A DNA stretch of 64,000 nt from an uncultured delta proteobacterium (GTDB taxonomy: Bacteria > Desulfobacterota > Zymogenia > Zymogenales > Zymogenaceae), in assembly GCA_963848155.1 (NCBI GenBank), contig CAWKCL010000006.1, positions 485,160 to 549,159 of the forward strand, in the 5' to 3' direction. The position numbers and the translations under genes were made by a program. Shown piece after piece: positions 49,851 to 60,177 of the stretch. Below the pieces are notes generated by a model. That model was not told the origin of the DNA and ran no database searches. It saw nothing but the letters and a program-made list of their open reading frames with translations. The stretch's first letter is position 1. Every line of letters begins with the position of its first letter.

Positions 49851-51092
49851 TCATTCCATCGATGCGATCATCGACTTCGCAAAGCCCGAGCAGGAGACCT
49901 CCACGGCACCGTCCATCTGGCGCGCCAGGTCGTAGGTGACGGTCTTTTTTGCCACCGTCGCCTCAAGCGAGTCGTAGATCATCTCGGCCGCCTCTTTCCA
50001 CCCCATGTGCTCCAGCATCAGCGAGGCCGAGAGTATCAGCGAGCCGGGGTTGACCTTGTCCTGGCCGGCGTACTTGGGCGCCGTGCCGTGGGTCGCCTCG
50101 AACAGCGCCGCGTGGTCCCCGATGTTGGCCCCCGGCGCCATCCCCAGCCCGCCGATCTGCGCGGCAAGCGCGTCCGAGAGGTAGTCCCCGTTGAGGTTGG
50201 GCGTGGCGATGACCGAATACTCCTCGGGCCTGAGCAGCACCTGCTGGAACATCGCATCGGCGATACGGTCCTTGATGACGACCCGGCCCTTTGTGCCCTT
50301 GGCGTCCGGGCCGTTAAGCTCGGATTCGGTAACGGTCAGGTCCGAAAACTCCTGACGGGCCACCTCGTAGCCCCAGTCACGGAACGCCCCCTCGGTGAAC
50401 TTCATGATGTTGCCCTTGTGCACGAGCGTCACCGAGTCCCGCCCGTTGTCCACGGCGTACCTGACGGCGCGGCGCACCAGCCTTTTGGTCCCGGTCTCGC
50501 TCATCGGCTTGATGCCGATGCCCGAATCGGGGGCAATCGCGACGCCGAACTGGTCCTTGAGGATCGCGATCAGCCGCCCGGCCTCGTCGCTGTCCCGTTT
50601 CCACTCGATGCCCGCGTAGACGTCCTCCATGTTTTCGCGAAAGATCACCATGTCCACCCGCTCGGGGTGCTTGACGGGCGAGGGGACGCCCGGGATGTAG
50701 CGCACCGGCCGCACGCAGGCGTAGAGGTCCAGGAGCTGCCTCAGCGCCACGTTGATGCTCCGCATGCCCCCGCCCACCGGCGTGGTCAGCGGCCCCTTGA
50801 TCGCCACCACGTATTTCCTGATGGCGTCAACGGTCTCGTCCGGCAGCCAGGAGCCGGTCTTCTTGTAGGCGGCCTCTCCCGCGGCGACCTCAAACCAGCG
50901 GATCTCGCGCCTCCCGCCGTAGGCCCGCTTCACGGCCTCGGCCACCACCATCTCGGTGGCGTGCCAGATATCGGGGCCGGTGCCGTCGCCCCGGATAAAG
51001 GGGATGATGGGGTCGTCGGGGACGGAGAGCCCCCGGTCGGGGTTGACGGTTATGGTGGAGCCGTCGGGGGGGGTAAAATAAATGGGTGTCAT
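49851..51092 (-). CDS. icd: Isocitrate dehydrogenase (NADP-dependent, dimeric type)
   Basis: ([14 protein letters not shown]...[22 protein letters not shown]...[10 protein letters not shown]) motifs. It is fused in the ORF track to the upstream gene through frameshift read-through. Confidence 0.85.
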   Translation of the reverse strand: MTPIYFTPPDGSTITVNPDRGLSVPDDPIIPFIRGDGTGPDIWHATEMVVAEAVKRAYGGRREIRWFEVAAGEAAYKKTGSWLPDETVDAIRKYVVAIKGPLTTPVGGGMRSINVALRQLLDLYACVRPVRYIPGVPSPVKHPERVDMVIFRENMEDVYAGIEWKRDSDEAGRLIAILKDQFGVAIAPDSGIGIKPMSETGTKRLVRRAVRYAVDNGRDSVTLVHKGNIMKFTEGAFRDWGYEVARQEFSDLTVTESELNGPDAKGTKGRVVIKDRIADAMFQQVLLRPEEYSVIATPNLNGDYLSDALAAQIGGLGMAPGANIGDHAALFEATHGTAPKYAGQDKVNPGSLILSASLMLEHMGWKEAAEMIYDSLEATVAKKTVTYDLARQMDGAVEVSCSGFAKSMIASME

Positions 51093-51187
51093 GCGCCATG
51101 AGTAATCGTATCCTTCCTGTAGTAAAACGAATAGCCGACGGTCGGCCGGGGTTCCGTGCGCCGACGTCACGCCCGCGCCGCTATAGG

Positions 51188-51695
51188 CTATACCGCGATC
51201 CTGCCGTGCCGCTTGATGTGGTCGACCAGCCCCCCGTCTTCGAGTATCTTCTGCATGACGTCCGGCAGGGCCGGGAAGGTAAGCTCGATGCCCTGCGTCA
51301 CGTTCCTGACGACGCCCTGCGCGAGGTCCACCTCGAGCCGGTCGCCCTCTTTGTATACGGGTCGTGTCCACGATGATCGCCGGCAGCCCCACGTTGATCG
51401 CGTTTCTGAAGAATATCCGCGCAAACGACTGCGCCAGCACCGCGCCGACCCCTGCCATCCTGATGATACGCGGGGCGTGCTCGCGCGAGGAGCCCAGGCC
51501 GAAGTTCTTGCCCGCGACCACGAAATCGCCCGGGGAGAGCTTCCCCGCGAAATCGGTCCGCGCGTCTTCCAGGACGTGCTTGGCAAGCTCCGGGAGGTTT
51601 GACCGCAGGTGAAAATACCTCCCGGGGGCGATGTGGTCGGTGGAGATATCGTCCCCGAAGATAAACGCCTTTCCTGTTAGAATCGCCTCTGTCAT
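51188..51695 (-). CDS. LeuD-like / aconitase swivel-domain small subunit, with an indel near 51360
   Basis: N-terminus ([19 protein letters not shown]...[17 protein letters not shown]) and C-terminus ([22 protein letters not shown]) lie in two frames. Confidence 0.65.
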
Positions 51696-51701
51696 GGTGC
51701 C

Positions 51702-52569
51702 CTACTCCTCTTTCTCCTCTTTCATGTCTGGCGGCGCTTTCTTCCCCTTCTTTATGCTGAGGTCCACGACGGCCTTGATAACCCTGCTCCGTTTCGCCCC
51801 GCCCATGAGCGTCTTGAGGTCTTCGTAGAGCGTCGGGTCGTTCACCAGCGCGCCGAGGGTTCCCTCCCCGCTGTCGATCTTTTTCAGGATGCTGTCGAGC
51901 CGCTCCGCCGAGTTGTCGAGGCTTTCCATCGTGTTTTCGCCGCCTTCGGTATCCCCGTAGACAAGGGAATGCAGCGTTCCGTCCCCCTCCTTGATCTCGG
52001 TGACGATCATATCGGCGTTGTCGAGAATCCGCGCCACGTCTTCGCCCGAATCTTGTTCCTTGAGGGGGGTCAAGGAATACGTTGAGGGAATCGGTAATCT
52101 CCTCGATATCGTTGACGATCTTATCGGCCTTTTCCAGGTACGAGAAGAGCTCGGCCGACTCGATGGCGGTGATGGAATCCCCGTCGGCCAGCACCGGTTT
52201 GTCGGGGCTCCCGATGGTTATCGCGATATACTTATCGCCCAGCACGCCCATCGTGCGGATGCTCGCGGTGCTGTCGGTATGTATCCGCTCCATGACGCTC
52301 GTGTTGATCATCATCTCCACGCCCACCAGCTTCTTGTCCCGCTCGGTCAGAAACCATATCTGGGATACCGTGCCCACCTCAACGCCGGCCAGCCTCACGG
52401 GAGAGCCGGCGATCAACCCGCCGACGTCCTTGAAATTGGTATAGAGGGTATACTGCTTCCTGAAGAGCTGGCTCTTGCTCCCGATGGCAAACACGGCGAC
52501 AAAAGCAAGGATAAGCCCGATGAAAATAAAAAGCCCTACCCTGATTTCCTGAGACGTCTTCCTGGCCAT
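51702..52569 (-). CDS. mlaD: MlaD/MCE-family periplasmic component, with an indel near 52060
   Basis: N-terminal TM plus MCE domain (YTLYTNFKDVGGLIAGSPVRLAGVEVGTV). The C-terminus is in frame 51702..52073. Confidence 0.7.
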
Positions 52570-52733
52570 AATCTGCCCCTCGTGTTACTTTCTCGTGTAT
52601 GGAGAGGCCGCCGCCCGGTGCGTTACGTGTCCGCAACCGGGCTCATGCGCCTCTCGGGTATGCCGCGCCGATCGTGCCGCCGGCGCGTCTTTCGTTCGTT
52701 ACAGCTCCCCGCCCCGTTACAGCTCCCCGCCCC

Positions 52734-53474
52734 TTACAGCTCCCCGATATTGCCCTCGATAAACCCCCTCACGACCGGGTCTTTGGAGCGCTCGATTTCC
52801 TTCGGCGTCCCCACCGCCTCGATCTTGCCCTTGAAGAGCATGGCGAGCCGGTCCGATACGGCAAACGCCGATTTCATATCGTGGGTCACGACGACCGAGG
52901 TGACCTTGAGGATCTGCCTCAGCTCGTTGATGAGGTGATTGATGCGGTTAGAGTTGGTCGGGTCCAGGCCCGTCGTCGGCTCGTCATAGAGGATAACCTC
53001 CGGGTCGTAGGCGATCGCCCTGGCCAGCGCCACCCGCTTTTTCATCCCGCCGGAGAGGTCGGAGGGCATCATCTCCTCGATTCCCGGCAGCCCCACCATC
53101 TCGAGGCACTGCGCCACCTTTTTGCCGATCGCCTTCTCGCTCATCCCCTTGTGCATCACCAGGCCGTATCCGACGTTATCGCCGACCGAGATGGAGTCAA
53201 ACAGCGCGCCCCCCTGGAACAGCATGCCGATACGCTTGCGGACCGAGACGAGGTCGTTCTCGGAGAGGGGGACGATGTCGATCCCGCCTATCGTGATCGA
53301 CCCCTTGTCCGGCTTCATCAGGCCGACCAGGAGTTTGAGGAGGACGCTCTTGCCCGAGCCGCTGCCGCCGATAATGGTGATCGTCTCTCCCTTTTCGATT
53401 GAGAGGTCGAGCCCGGTATATACCGCCTTCTCGTCGAACGACTTCCTGATCCCGGTAAATTCGATGAACGACAT
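52734..53474 (-). CDS. mlaF: ABC transporter ATP-binding protein (MlaF-like)
   Basis: Walker A (GGSGSGKS), signature (LSGGMKKRVALAR) and Walker B (ILYDEPTTGLD). Confidence 0.8.
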   Translation of the reverse strand: MSFIEFTGIRKSFDEKAVYTGLDLSIEKGETITIIGGSGSGKSVLLKLLVGLMKPDKGSITIGGIDIVPLSENDLVSVRKRIGMLFQGGALFDSISVGDNVGYGLVMHKGMSEKAIGKKVAQCLEMVGLPGIEEMMPSDLSGGMKKRVALARAIAYDPEVILYDEPTTGLDPTNSNRINHLINELRQILKVTSVVVTHDMKSAFAVSDRLAMLFKGKIEAVGTPKEIERSKDPVVRGFIEGNIGEL

Positions 53475-53480
53475 AGTATA

Positions 53481-54266
53481 TTACGCCTGAAACAGCAGGA
53501 TAAAGAGCTTTGTTAAGAAGAAATCGGCCACGAGGATCGAGAGCGATATCGTAACCACCGACTCCGTCGTGGCGCGCCCCACGCCCACGGTGCCCCCGAC
53601 GGTGGTGAACCCCCGGTAGCACCCGACCAGCCCGATAATGACGCCGAAGAAGACCGACTTGCCCACGCCCCCGGCAAAGTCGCTGACTTCGAGGATCGCG
53701 TAGGCCTGGTTCATGTAGAAGGTCGCGTTTACGCCGAGCTCCGTCATGGTGATGATCATCCCCGCGAGGATCCCCACCACGATGGAATAGACCGTCAGGA
53801 CCGGCAGCACGATCGCGCACGCCAGGATCTTCGGGAGCACCAGCTCCCTGATGGGGTCGGCGCCGAGCGCCCTGACGGCGTCTATCTGCTCGGTGACGTT
53901 CATGGAGCCCACTTCGGCCGTGATGCCGGCCCCGACCCTGCCGCCGACCAACAGCCCCGTCAGCACCGGCCCCAGCTCGCGCACCAGCGAGACCGCCAGC
54001 ACGTTTGCGGCAAACGACTGGGCGCCGAACCGCTGCAGCGAAAACGAAAGCTGGAGCGCCATCACCAGCCCCGTGAAGAGCGCGGTGAAGGTGGCGATCA
54101 GGGTCGACTTTATGCCGATATATTCGATCTGCTCGACGACGCTCGAGAACTTGAACGGCGTCGTAACGAGGACCGCCGCCGCGCGCATCAGCATCCGGGT
54201 GGAGCCGTCAAAATAGACCACGGCCTTTATGAATCGGCGTCCCAACAGCTCCAGGAATTCTTTCAT
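53481..54266 (-). CDS. mlaE: ABC transporter permease (MlaE-like)
   Basis: Start at MKEFLELLG. Five TM helices typical of MlaE. Confidence 0.75.
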   Translation of the reverse strand: MKEFLELLGRRFIKAVVYFDGSTRMLMRAAAVLVTTPFKFSSVVEQIEYIGIKSTLIATFTALFTGLVMALQLSFSLQRFGAQSFAANVLAVSLVRELGPVLTGLLVGGRVGAGITAEVGSMNVTEQIDAVRALGADPIRELVLPKILACAIVLPVLTVYSIVVGILAGMIITMTELGVNATFYMNQAYAILEVSDFAGGVGKSVFFGVIIGLVGCYRGFTTVGGTVGVGRATTESVVTISLSILVADFFLTKLFILLFQA

Positions 54267-54790
54267 TGGCCCGTCTCCCGCTGGAACCTGAACGTCTCGA
54301 CCATTTTCTGGAACGCCGGCCGCCCCGTTTCGAAATAGGCGGGCGGGCACCACATCAAAATGTCGTAGACCGCCCCGTCGTGACGCGCCACGTAGGCCGA
54401 GACGATCAGCTCGGTATCATCCGTGACCCCGGTGACGGTAATAAATTTCGCGGGCGCCCCGCCGAGCGTCGCGTCCTCAAAGGCCCGGTACTCCTTTTTC
54501 GTGAGAAAGAACAGGAGGTCCCGCGCCAGGTAGTCGAGGACCTTATCCTGGTCGGCCATGTCCCGGTAGGGATCGGGGCTTACCGCGACCGCGAACGACA
54601 CGCCCGTATCGGGATCGGTAAGCGCCGCCAGCGCGTCTTTCGGGGCGATCCGCTCGTAGGGCGGGCCCGGCAGGCCGACGGAAAAGCCGTAGTCGTCGGA
54701 GACAAAGGCGCCGTCCGAAACCCGGCCGTGGACGCAGCCGGCGGCAAGGAGAAACAGGAACCCGAGGAGAACAGCCCGGCGCCGCGTCAT
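54263..54790 (-). CDS. Hypothetical lipoprotein
   Basis: Start at MTRRRAVLLGFLFLLAAGC (lipobox). No known domain. Confidence 0.45.
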   Translation of the reverse strand: MTRRRAVLLGFLFLLAAGCVHGRVSDGAFVSDDYGFSVGLPGPPYERIAPKDALAALTDPDTGVSFAVAVSPDPYRDMADQDKVLDYLARDLLFFLTKKEYRAFEDATLGGAPAKFITVTGVTDDTELIVSAYVARHDGAVYDILMWCPPAYFETGRPAFQKMVETFRFQRETGQ

Positions 54791-55710
54791 CGCGTCACCA
54801 CGTCTTTTCGGGAAAAAAGGAGAAACGCGATCCCCGCGCCGAGCGGCGCCAGGATCAGTACGATCATATAGCCGTACTGCTGGGCCGTAAACGATTGCCC
54901 CTGGTTGACCGTGGCCACCCACCCGGCCACCATCACCGCGCTGAAGGTAAGGGCGACGACCGCGACGACCAGCTTGATGATCCCGGCCGGCGTGTGGTGC
55001 CGGCTGACCGCGGCAAACAGCGCGTCGTCTCTCCCGCCCCTGAAGGGGGAATCCTTGAGGGCGACAAAGAGCCGCTTTTTGTACACGATAAAGAGCCAGA
55101 CCATGATCGGGACGATCAGGACGCCCAGGAACGTCTCGGAAAAGAGGACGAAGTCGTACGCGCCGTGAAACAGGATCGCGATCAACAGCCCGGCGCCGAC
55201 GAAGTATTTCTTATCTTCCTTGTACACCTTTTTCATGCCCAGGTAATACCCGATGATCGCCCCGCACATCGCGTGCAGCGGCACGGAAAGGAACGCGCGG
55301 AAGAGCCCGGTGGCCGCCCCGAATTGAAATACGTAAAAGACGTTCTCGATGGTCGCAAAGCCGAGGGCCGCCGCCACGGAATAGACGATGCCGTCCATGA
55401 CCTCGTTGAACGAGGCCGACCGGTAGGCCTTGACGCGGACCGCGAGGAACTTGGCGACCTCCTCGACCGGCGCGACGACGAAGAACGAGCCGATGAAGGC
55501 CCCGAGCATGTTGCCGGTCATGGGCATGCCCGTCCCCCATTCGAACAGGTACTCGATGATGCCGGCCGGGACGGCCACCGCCACGCCGAGGAAAAAGGTG
55601 GCCACGATGAGCCCCTTGGGTTCGCGCTCGTATTTATCCTTGTGGTAGACGTACCACAGGATAAAGAAACCGGGGGCGACGGCCAGCAGGAGGAGCGCAA
55701 CGACTTCCAT
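54787..55710 (-). CDS. PrsW-family intramembrane metalloprotease
   Basis: Seven TM helices. Conserved EE...K and FxxxHAxxD-like motifs (VAPVEEVAKFLAV, HAMCGAIIGYY). Confidence 0.6.
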   Translation of the reverse strand: MEVVALLLLAVAPGFFILWYVYHKDKYEREPKGLIVATFFLGVAVAVPAGIIEYLFEWGTGMPMTGNMLGAFIGSFFVVAPVEEVAKFLAVRVKAYRSASFNEVMDGIVYSVAAALGFATIENVFYVFQFGAATGLFRAFLSVPLHAMCGAIIGYYLGMKKVYKEDKKYFVGAGLLIAILFHGAYDFVLFSETFLGVLIVPIMVWLFIVYKKRLFVALKDSPFRGGRDDALFAAVSRHHTPAGIIKLVVAVVALTFSAVMVAGWVATVNQGQSFTAQQYGYMIVLILAPLGAGIAFLLFSRKDVVTR

Positions 55711-55908
55711 GATAATCCCGCATATTGTAAAGTACGTTATTATAGCAGGAAACGTCGCGTTTTACATCAATAACTTTATTTCGCCGAAATTCGTCGGCTG
55801 CTCCGCCGCCGCTCCGCGGCCCGCTCAGCCTTCCCCTTGACATCGGCGGCCTATGATGATAGTAAGATGATAGTAAGAGAAGTCATCGTATATATCGGGA
55901 GAAAATCT

Positions 55909-56433
55909 ATGAAGCGGACGCTCGGGATTCTGATAGCGGTTATGTTCGTGTGCGGGGCGGCCGGGGTGCTCCCGGCGGCGGCCGGGGAGGCCGTTACCCC
56001 CGCCGAGGTTATCGCCAAGGTAAAAGAGGCGGCGGCCTTCCTCTCCGGGACGGGCGAGGCGGGGCTGGCGCAGTTCAACGACCCGAAGGGCCCCTGGTCG
56101 TGGAAGGATACCTACGTCTTCGTGTTTGACTGCAGCAAGGGCACCATCATCGGCCACCCCAGCAAGGAGCTGGTCGGCACGGACCTGACCACGCGGGCCG
56201 ATAAGAACGGTTTCAAGTTCAACGTCGCCCTCTGCGGGGAGTCCCAAAAACCCTCGGGCGGCTGGGTAGAGTATTGGAGGCCGACCGACGCCGTCGATGC
56301 GTCCGGCGCCGCGGAATACCGCCGCAAGATATCCTATATTCTCAAGGTCCCCGGCCAGCCGATGGAAGTGGGCGCCGGCATCTATGAGCCGACGCTGACC
56401 ATCGACGAGCTTAACAAGATGCTTGCCAAATAA
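55909..56433 (+). CDS. Secreted single-Cache (sCache_2) domain protein
   Basis: Signal peptide. (WSWKDTYVFVFDCSKGTIIGHP...GGWVEYWRP) matches the sCache_2 core. Confidence 0.6.
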   Translation: MKRTLGILIAVMFVCGAAGVLPAAAGEAVTPAEVIAKVKEAAAFLSGTGEAGLAQFNDPKGPWSWKDTYVFVFDCSKGTIIGHPSKELVGTDLTTRADKNGFKFNVALCGESQKPSGGWVEYWRPTDAVDASGAAEYRRKISYILKVPGQPMEVGAGIYEPTLTIDELNKMLAK

Positions 56434-56480
56434 AGGCGGCCGCGTTTCCCGACGGGGCGGCGCGGGCCGATGGTCCAATG

Positions 56481-56509
56481 TACATACATACATCCGCAAC
56501 CGGCGGATG
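56481..56509 (+). terminator. Rho-independent terminator after the first sCache_2 gene
   Basis: CATCCGC-AACCG-GCGGATG hairpin followed by TCTCTTTT. Confidence 0.45.
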
Positions 56510-56543
56510 TCTCTTTTAACCTCATTATCATGTGGAGTAAGAC

Positions 56544-57075
56544 ATGAAAAAAGTTTCACTGTTCGTTTTACTGGCGGCCCTGGCGTCTCTCGTGGCGCTC
56601 ACGGCGGTCCCCGCGTTTGCCGCGGAAACCGTCACGCCCGACGAGATCGTGGCCAAGTGCAAGGAGGCCTCCGCCTACCTGCTGCGAAAAGGGAGACGCG
56701 GCGGTTGCCGAATTCAGCGACCCGAACAACACCCGCTGGGTCTGGAAGGATACCTACGTGTTCGTCTATGACTGCGCGGTGGGCGAGTGCGTCGGCAACA
56801 TCACGCCGGGCATGGTCGGAAAGAAGATCGAGGACATCGCAACCATAGACACCGAGGGCAAGACGGTCGGCCTCCACCTCTGCGAGATCGCGAACGACGC
56901 AAGCAAGCCGAACGGCTGGTGGATCCAGTTCGACTGGAGAAACCCGAAGACCGGCGAGACCAAGCCGAAGCTCAGCTACATCTACCGGGCGCCGGGCGCC
57001 AAGTATACCGTCGGCGCGGGCATCTACAGCCCCGAGGGGATCACGGCCGACGACCTCAACAAGAAGCTGAAATAG
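56544..57075 (+). CDS. Secreted sCache_2 domain protein, a paralogue of 55909..56433, with a 1-nt indel near 56690
   Basis: Signal peptide. (WVWKDTYVFVYDCAVGECVGNI...GWWIQFDWRNP). Frames 56544 and 56617 join at an 'aaaa' run. Confidence 0.6.
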
Positions 57076-57130
57076 GGCGAGGTAGCGCCGTCCGATAGCG
57101 ACGGCACCGAAAAGGTTCAAACAACAAAGG

Positions 57131-57170
57131 GCGCTCCCGGAATGGGAAGCGCCCTTTTGTTTACGTCACG
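57131..57170 (+). terminator. Rho-independent terminator after the second sCache_2 gene
   Basis: GGGCGCTCCC-GGAATG-GGAAGCGCCC hairpin followed by TTTTGTTT. Confidence 0.55.
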
Positions 57171-57179
57171 GAGGAAAAC

Positions 57180-57311
57180 GGACACCACATGTGGTGTCCC
57201 TACGGGTGTTAAGACGTATCGTGTTAGAATTTGTAGGGGCACGACATGTCGTGCCCTCCGTTCCTTCCCCGTTACGTATTTGAACCCGTAGGGGCGGCAT
57301 ACATGCCGCCC
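57180..57311. repeat. Cluster of three palindromic hairpin repeats of the same family (one minus-oriented, two plus-oriented)
   Basis: Palindromes at 57180–57206 (GGACACCACATGTGGTGTCC-CTACGGG), 57233–57256 (GTAGGGGCACGACATGTCGTGCCC) and 57285–57311 (CCCGTAGGGGCGGCATACATGCCGCCC). Confidence 0.7.
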
Positions 57312-57542
57312 GTATTTTCCATAGTCCGTAAAAAGTTATTTACCATCTCGGAAGGGTTAATCCCTCTCTTTCAATTCGCTTTCTTATTACGTCGTCGGAA
57401 ACACCAAATGGTTTCCTTAGAGTTGGTGTGATTCGGTTTAGTACAACGTCGGGATTGTCCCGAGCCATAGAAACAGGACTCTCATTCCCAGCGATTCTCT
57501 CATACGCTTTTCGTAATTCCTTGGCTAAAGCTTCACGAGGTA

Positions 57543-57978
57543 CTAGTAATCTCCAGCGAATTCGTTTGCTTGATATTCGAAATCCAAATGATCCTCATCG
57601 GGAAAATTCCCGATAAATTCCTTATACTCTTCAACTGAACTGAAAACAAATCTCTCATAACTATTTCGATGGAGTACAAGATGGCCGACTTCATGAGCAA
57701 AGGAAAATCGAAGGGCACCTGCATAGCGATCGAACTCATCCATGTATATATCACAATCTACAACAATCCCAGATAGGTCTGCTTTTAAGATACGCACGTA
57801 TCTGTTTACCAATACCATGCTCAGGAATGATATCAAGGCCTAGTCTATTGATAACGCTCTCCATGTTAATTGGCAGACTACTCTCGGGCCAATACCGCTT
57901 TCTGAAATCCTCGGCCTTTTGCCGAAATGTTTTCTTTTCTAATCTAAACTCGCACTTATAGATTGAATCGTCGATCAT
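57543..57978 (-). CDS. ImmA/IrrE-family metallopeptidase (COG2856), with an indel near 57830
   Basis: HEXXH motif (FAHEVGHLVLH) in the 57543..57836 frame. The N-terminus is in the 57751..57978 frame. Low-GC region. Confidence 0.65.
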
Positions 57979-58034
57979 CTACTTGCTCGTTTTCAGATTC
58001 TTAATGAGTTCTTCTAGTTCCTCAGTTGTCGGTT

Positions 58035-58349
58035 TTACGCTTCCAATAGTCCTGAAAAAAATTGGTAAAGCCTGCAATACTTCCTTATCAGACATAATGT
58101 AATCTGGAATGCTTTCCTCCATCTACATTCGCCAGATCGTGCAAAGTATCCCAATCTGGCGATCCTTGTTTGATACCCAAAATGCCTGCGATCTTTTTCA
58201 ACTTCAGTTTGATCTTTCGGCGGAGCAATAAGTTGCCGTTCTACTTTACTCCAGTTACTTGCGTCCTCGTCCAGTTGGCGGCAAAACTCTCGTAAACTTA
58301 GTTCTGTTTCTAGTCTTTTTCTTTTTATAAATTCCCCAAACATTAGCAC
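58035..58349 (-). CDS. XRE-family helix-turn-helix transcriptional regulator, cognate partner of ImmA
   Basis: HTH (FGEFIKRKRLETELSLREFCRQLDEDASNWSKVERQ). The C-terminal part is probably frameshifted. Low-GC region. Confidence 0.6.
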   Translation of the reverse strand: MLMFGEFIKRKRLETELSLREFCRQLDEDASNWSKVERQLIAPPKDQTEVEKDRRHFGYQTRIARLGYFARSGECRWRKAFQITLCLIRKYCRLYQFFSGLLEA

Positions 58350-58519
58350 CTCCTCCTTGTGGTAGGATACTCCTTATGTGGTATATCTTATACCATGTGG
58401 TAATAATAGTACCACAAATAGCTGTTGTCAATGAAAAAGTGCAACCCCGATTCGTACATATCCTGAGAAAAGGGCGCAAATCTCCGTTTGACCCTTATTC
58501 ACCGAGGGAAACGTTTCAA

Positions 58520-58712
58520 TTTTCCGTTTAACGGCCTCGCAATGACGGGGGCGTTTCCGGTGATAGTCGGGGATTGCCACGTCGGGTGCGCCTCCTCGCA
58601 ATGACGGCGAGAGTGGGGTGTAAACGCAAGACGGGCGCGAATCACGGTGACAGTCAGGGGATTGCTTCGTCGCTTCGCTCCTCGCAATGACGGCGAAGTG
58701 AGGTAACGCAAA
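58520..58712 (+). repeat. Cluster of three mosaic repeats containing CTC(CTC)GCAATGACGG and GGTGACAGTCAGGGGATTGCTTCGTCGC modules
   Basis: Core motif at 58537, 58596 and 58681 (spacings of 59 and 85 nt). Confidence 0.65.
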
Positions 58713-58714
58713 AC

Positions 58715-58741
58715 GGGCGGCATATATGCCGCCCCTACGGG
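58715..58741 (-). repeat. Palindromic hairpin repeat, GGGCGGCATATATGCCGCCC-CTACGGG
   Basis: Same family as the other hairpin repeats. The stem halves covary. Confidence 0.7.
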
Positions 58742-58819
58742 TTCTAATCGGTTCTCTGGTTGAATGGCACGGATCTATTCCCGGCCAACGTCCTCCGCCC
58801 GAGCTTCCTACCCCGACCC

Positions 58820-59333
58820 CTACACGGCCTTCTTGGCCTCCTCGTCCGACTTTCCCATCAGGAAATAGACGGCCACCGCCGCCAGCACCGCGTACAAGGG
58901 GAGCTTGGGCATCAGGTAGTGGTTCCGGTAGAGGTAGATCCCCGTGAAGAAGAGGACGTTGTAGAGGCAGAAGACGAAGACGTCTATCGAGACCAGTATC
59001 AGGAGCCTCTTTTTCGCCTTCGGCTTGAAGTTCCAGTAGGCCGAGGAAAGCCAGACGAACAGCGGCGCGGAGGCGAGGTAGTAGAGCGCGAACACGACCG
59101 AGAGCGTGATATCCAAGCCCCGTCGGGTCGCGCGGTATGCCGGAGAGAGCCAGGGTGCCGGTAAAGCTGCCCAGGGCGACCGAGAGGTGGGAAAAGAAAT
59201 TGATCGTGAGGTTAAAGAACGCCGCCACCATGCCGAAAAACCCCACGTACCAGAACCCGAAGGGGACCTCGTCGGTGAGCCGGTAGGGCGGGAAGAGGAC
59301 CTCCATGAATTTTTTCCCGTGCGCCATGATCAA
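58820..59333 (-). CDS. Small membrane protein of unknown function, with an indel near 59120
   Basis: Two frames (58428..59333 N-terminal part and 58820..59116) read as one four-TM protein of about 170 aa. Confidence 0.4.
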
Positions 59334-60177
59334 CTCCTATCGCTCTTTTTGGGAGAATTCTTCCCCGCGCCCTTCGCGGGGACCCCCCGGCCGGCCGCCG
59401 GGAGACATCCGCGGGACTGATCCGGTTTTTCTCCCTGATCCTGAAGTAAAGGACAATCCCGACCGCCATCATCGCCGCGCCGATGAGCTGGGACGTGCTG
59501 ACGGTGCCCCACAGCCAGAACCCCCGCGGGTCGCCCCGGAAGATCTCGACGATGGCGCGCGCCGCGCCGTAGAGAAAGAGGTACGAGAGGATCTGCTCGC
59601 CCCGGAACGTAACCCTGTTTCTCCTGAAAAAGAGGAGCGCGAAGATCATGAAATTGAAGAGCATCTCGTAGAGCTGGGTGGGGTGCAGCGCAACCCCGAG
59701 GGGCGCTATCTCGGACTCGGTAAACGTGACCCCCCACGGCAGGGCCGTGGGCATGCCGTAGCAGCAGCCCGCCATGAAGCAGCCGACCCGCCCGATGGCC
59801 TGGCCCAGCGCCACGTAGGGGATGGCGATATCCGCCCAGAGCCAGCCGTCCAGCTTCTTTACGCGGAAGAATATGAACACCGCCGCCAGCGCCCCCAGAA
59901 AGGCCCCGTACCAGACCAGCCCCCCCTCCCAGAGCATGAATATCTTCACGGGATACTTCCCGAAATAGGAGAGGTTCAGCAGGACGTAGACGAGGCGCGA
60001 CCCCACGATGGACGACAGCAGCACCCAGAAGGCGAGGTCGATCCCCGTATCGACCGAGAGCGACCGCCGCTTCAGGTCAAAGAGGAACAGCGCGAAGCCC
60101 GTGAGAAACCCGATCGAGAGCATCATGCCGTAGGTATAGAGGGTGACCCCGTCGAATGAATAAAGGATTGGATGCAT
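59212..60177 (-). CDS. lgt: Prolipoprotein diacylglyceryl transferase. The C-terminal roughly 40 codons are probably read-through.
   Basis: Starts (MHPILYSFDGVTLYTYGMMLSIGF) and carries the Lgt signature (GRVGCFMAGCCYG). Confidence 0.8.
   Translation of the reverse strand: MHPILYSFDGVTLYTYGMMLSIGFLTGFALFLFDLKRRSLSVDTGIDLAFWVLLSSIVGSRLVYVLLNLSYFGKYPVKIFMLWEGGLVWYGAFLGALAAVFIFFRVKKLDGWLWADIAIPYVALGQAIGRVGCFMAGCCYGMPTALPWGVTFTESEIAPLGVALHPTQLYEMLFNFMIFALLFFRRNRVTFRGEQILSYLFLYGAARAIVEIFRGDPRGFWLWGTVSTSQLIGAAMMAVGIVLYFRIREKNRISPADVSRRPAGGSPRRARGRILPKRAIGVDHGAREKIHGGPLPALPAHRRGPLRVLVRGVFRHGGGVL

Larger units (their letters stand above)
57340..58430. other. AT-rich islet of about 1.1 kb (low GC relative to flanks) carrying the XRE/ImmA pair
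   Basis: Visibly AT-rich sequence bounded by the hairpin-repeat cluster (57.18–57.31 kb) and the mosaic repeats (58.52 kb onwards). Confidence 0.5.

Noticed and set aside
58520-58745. Possible CRISPR array, because of the repeated CTCGCAATGACGG motifs
   Set aside because: Spacings are irregular (59, 85, 80 nt). The repeats are mosaic and imperfect. No cas genes are present. They behave like REP/BIME-type intergenic repeats.
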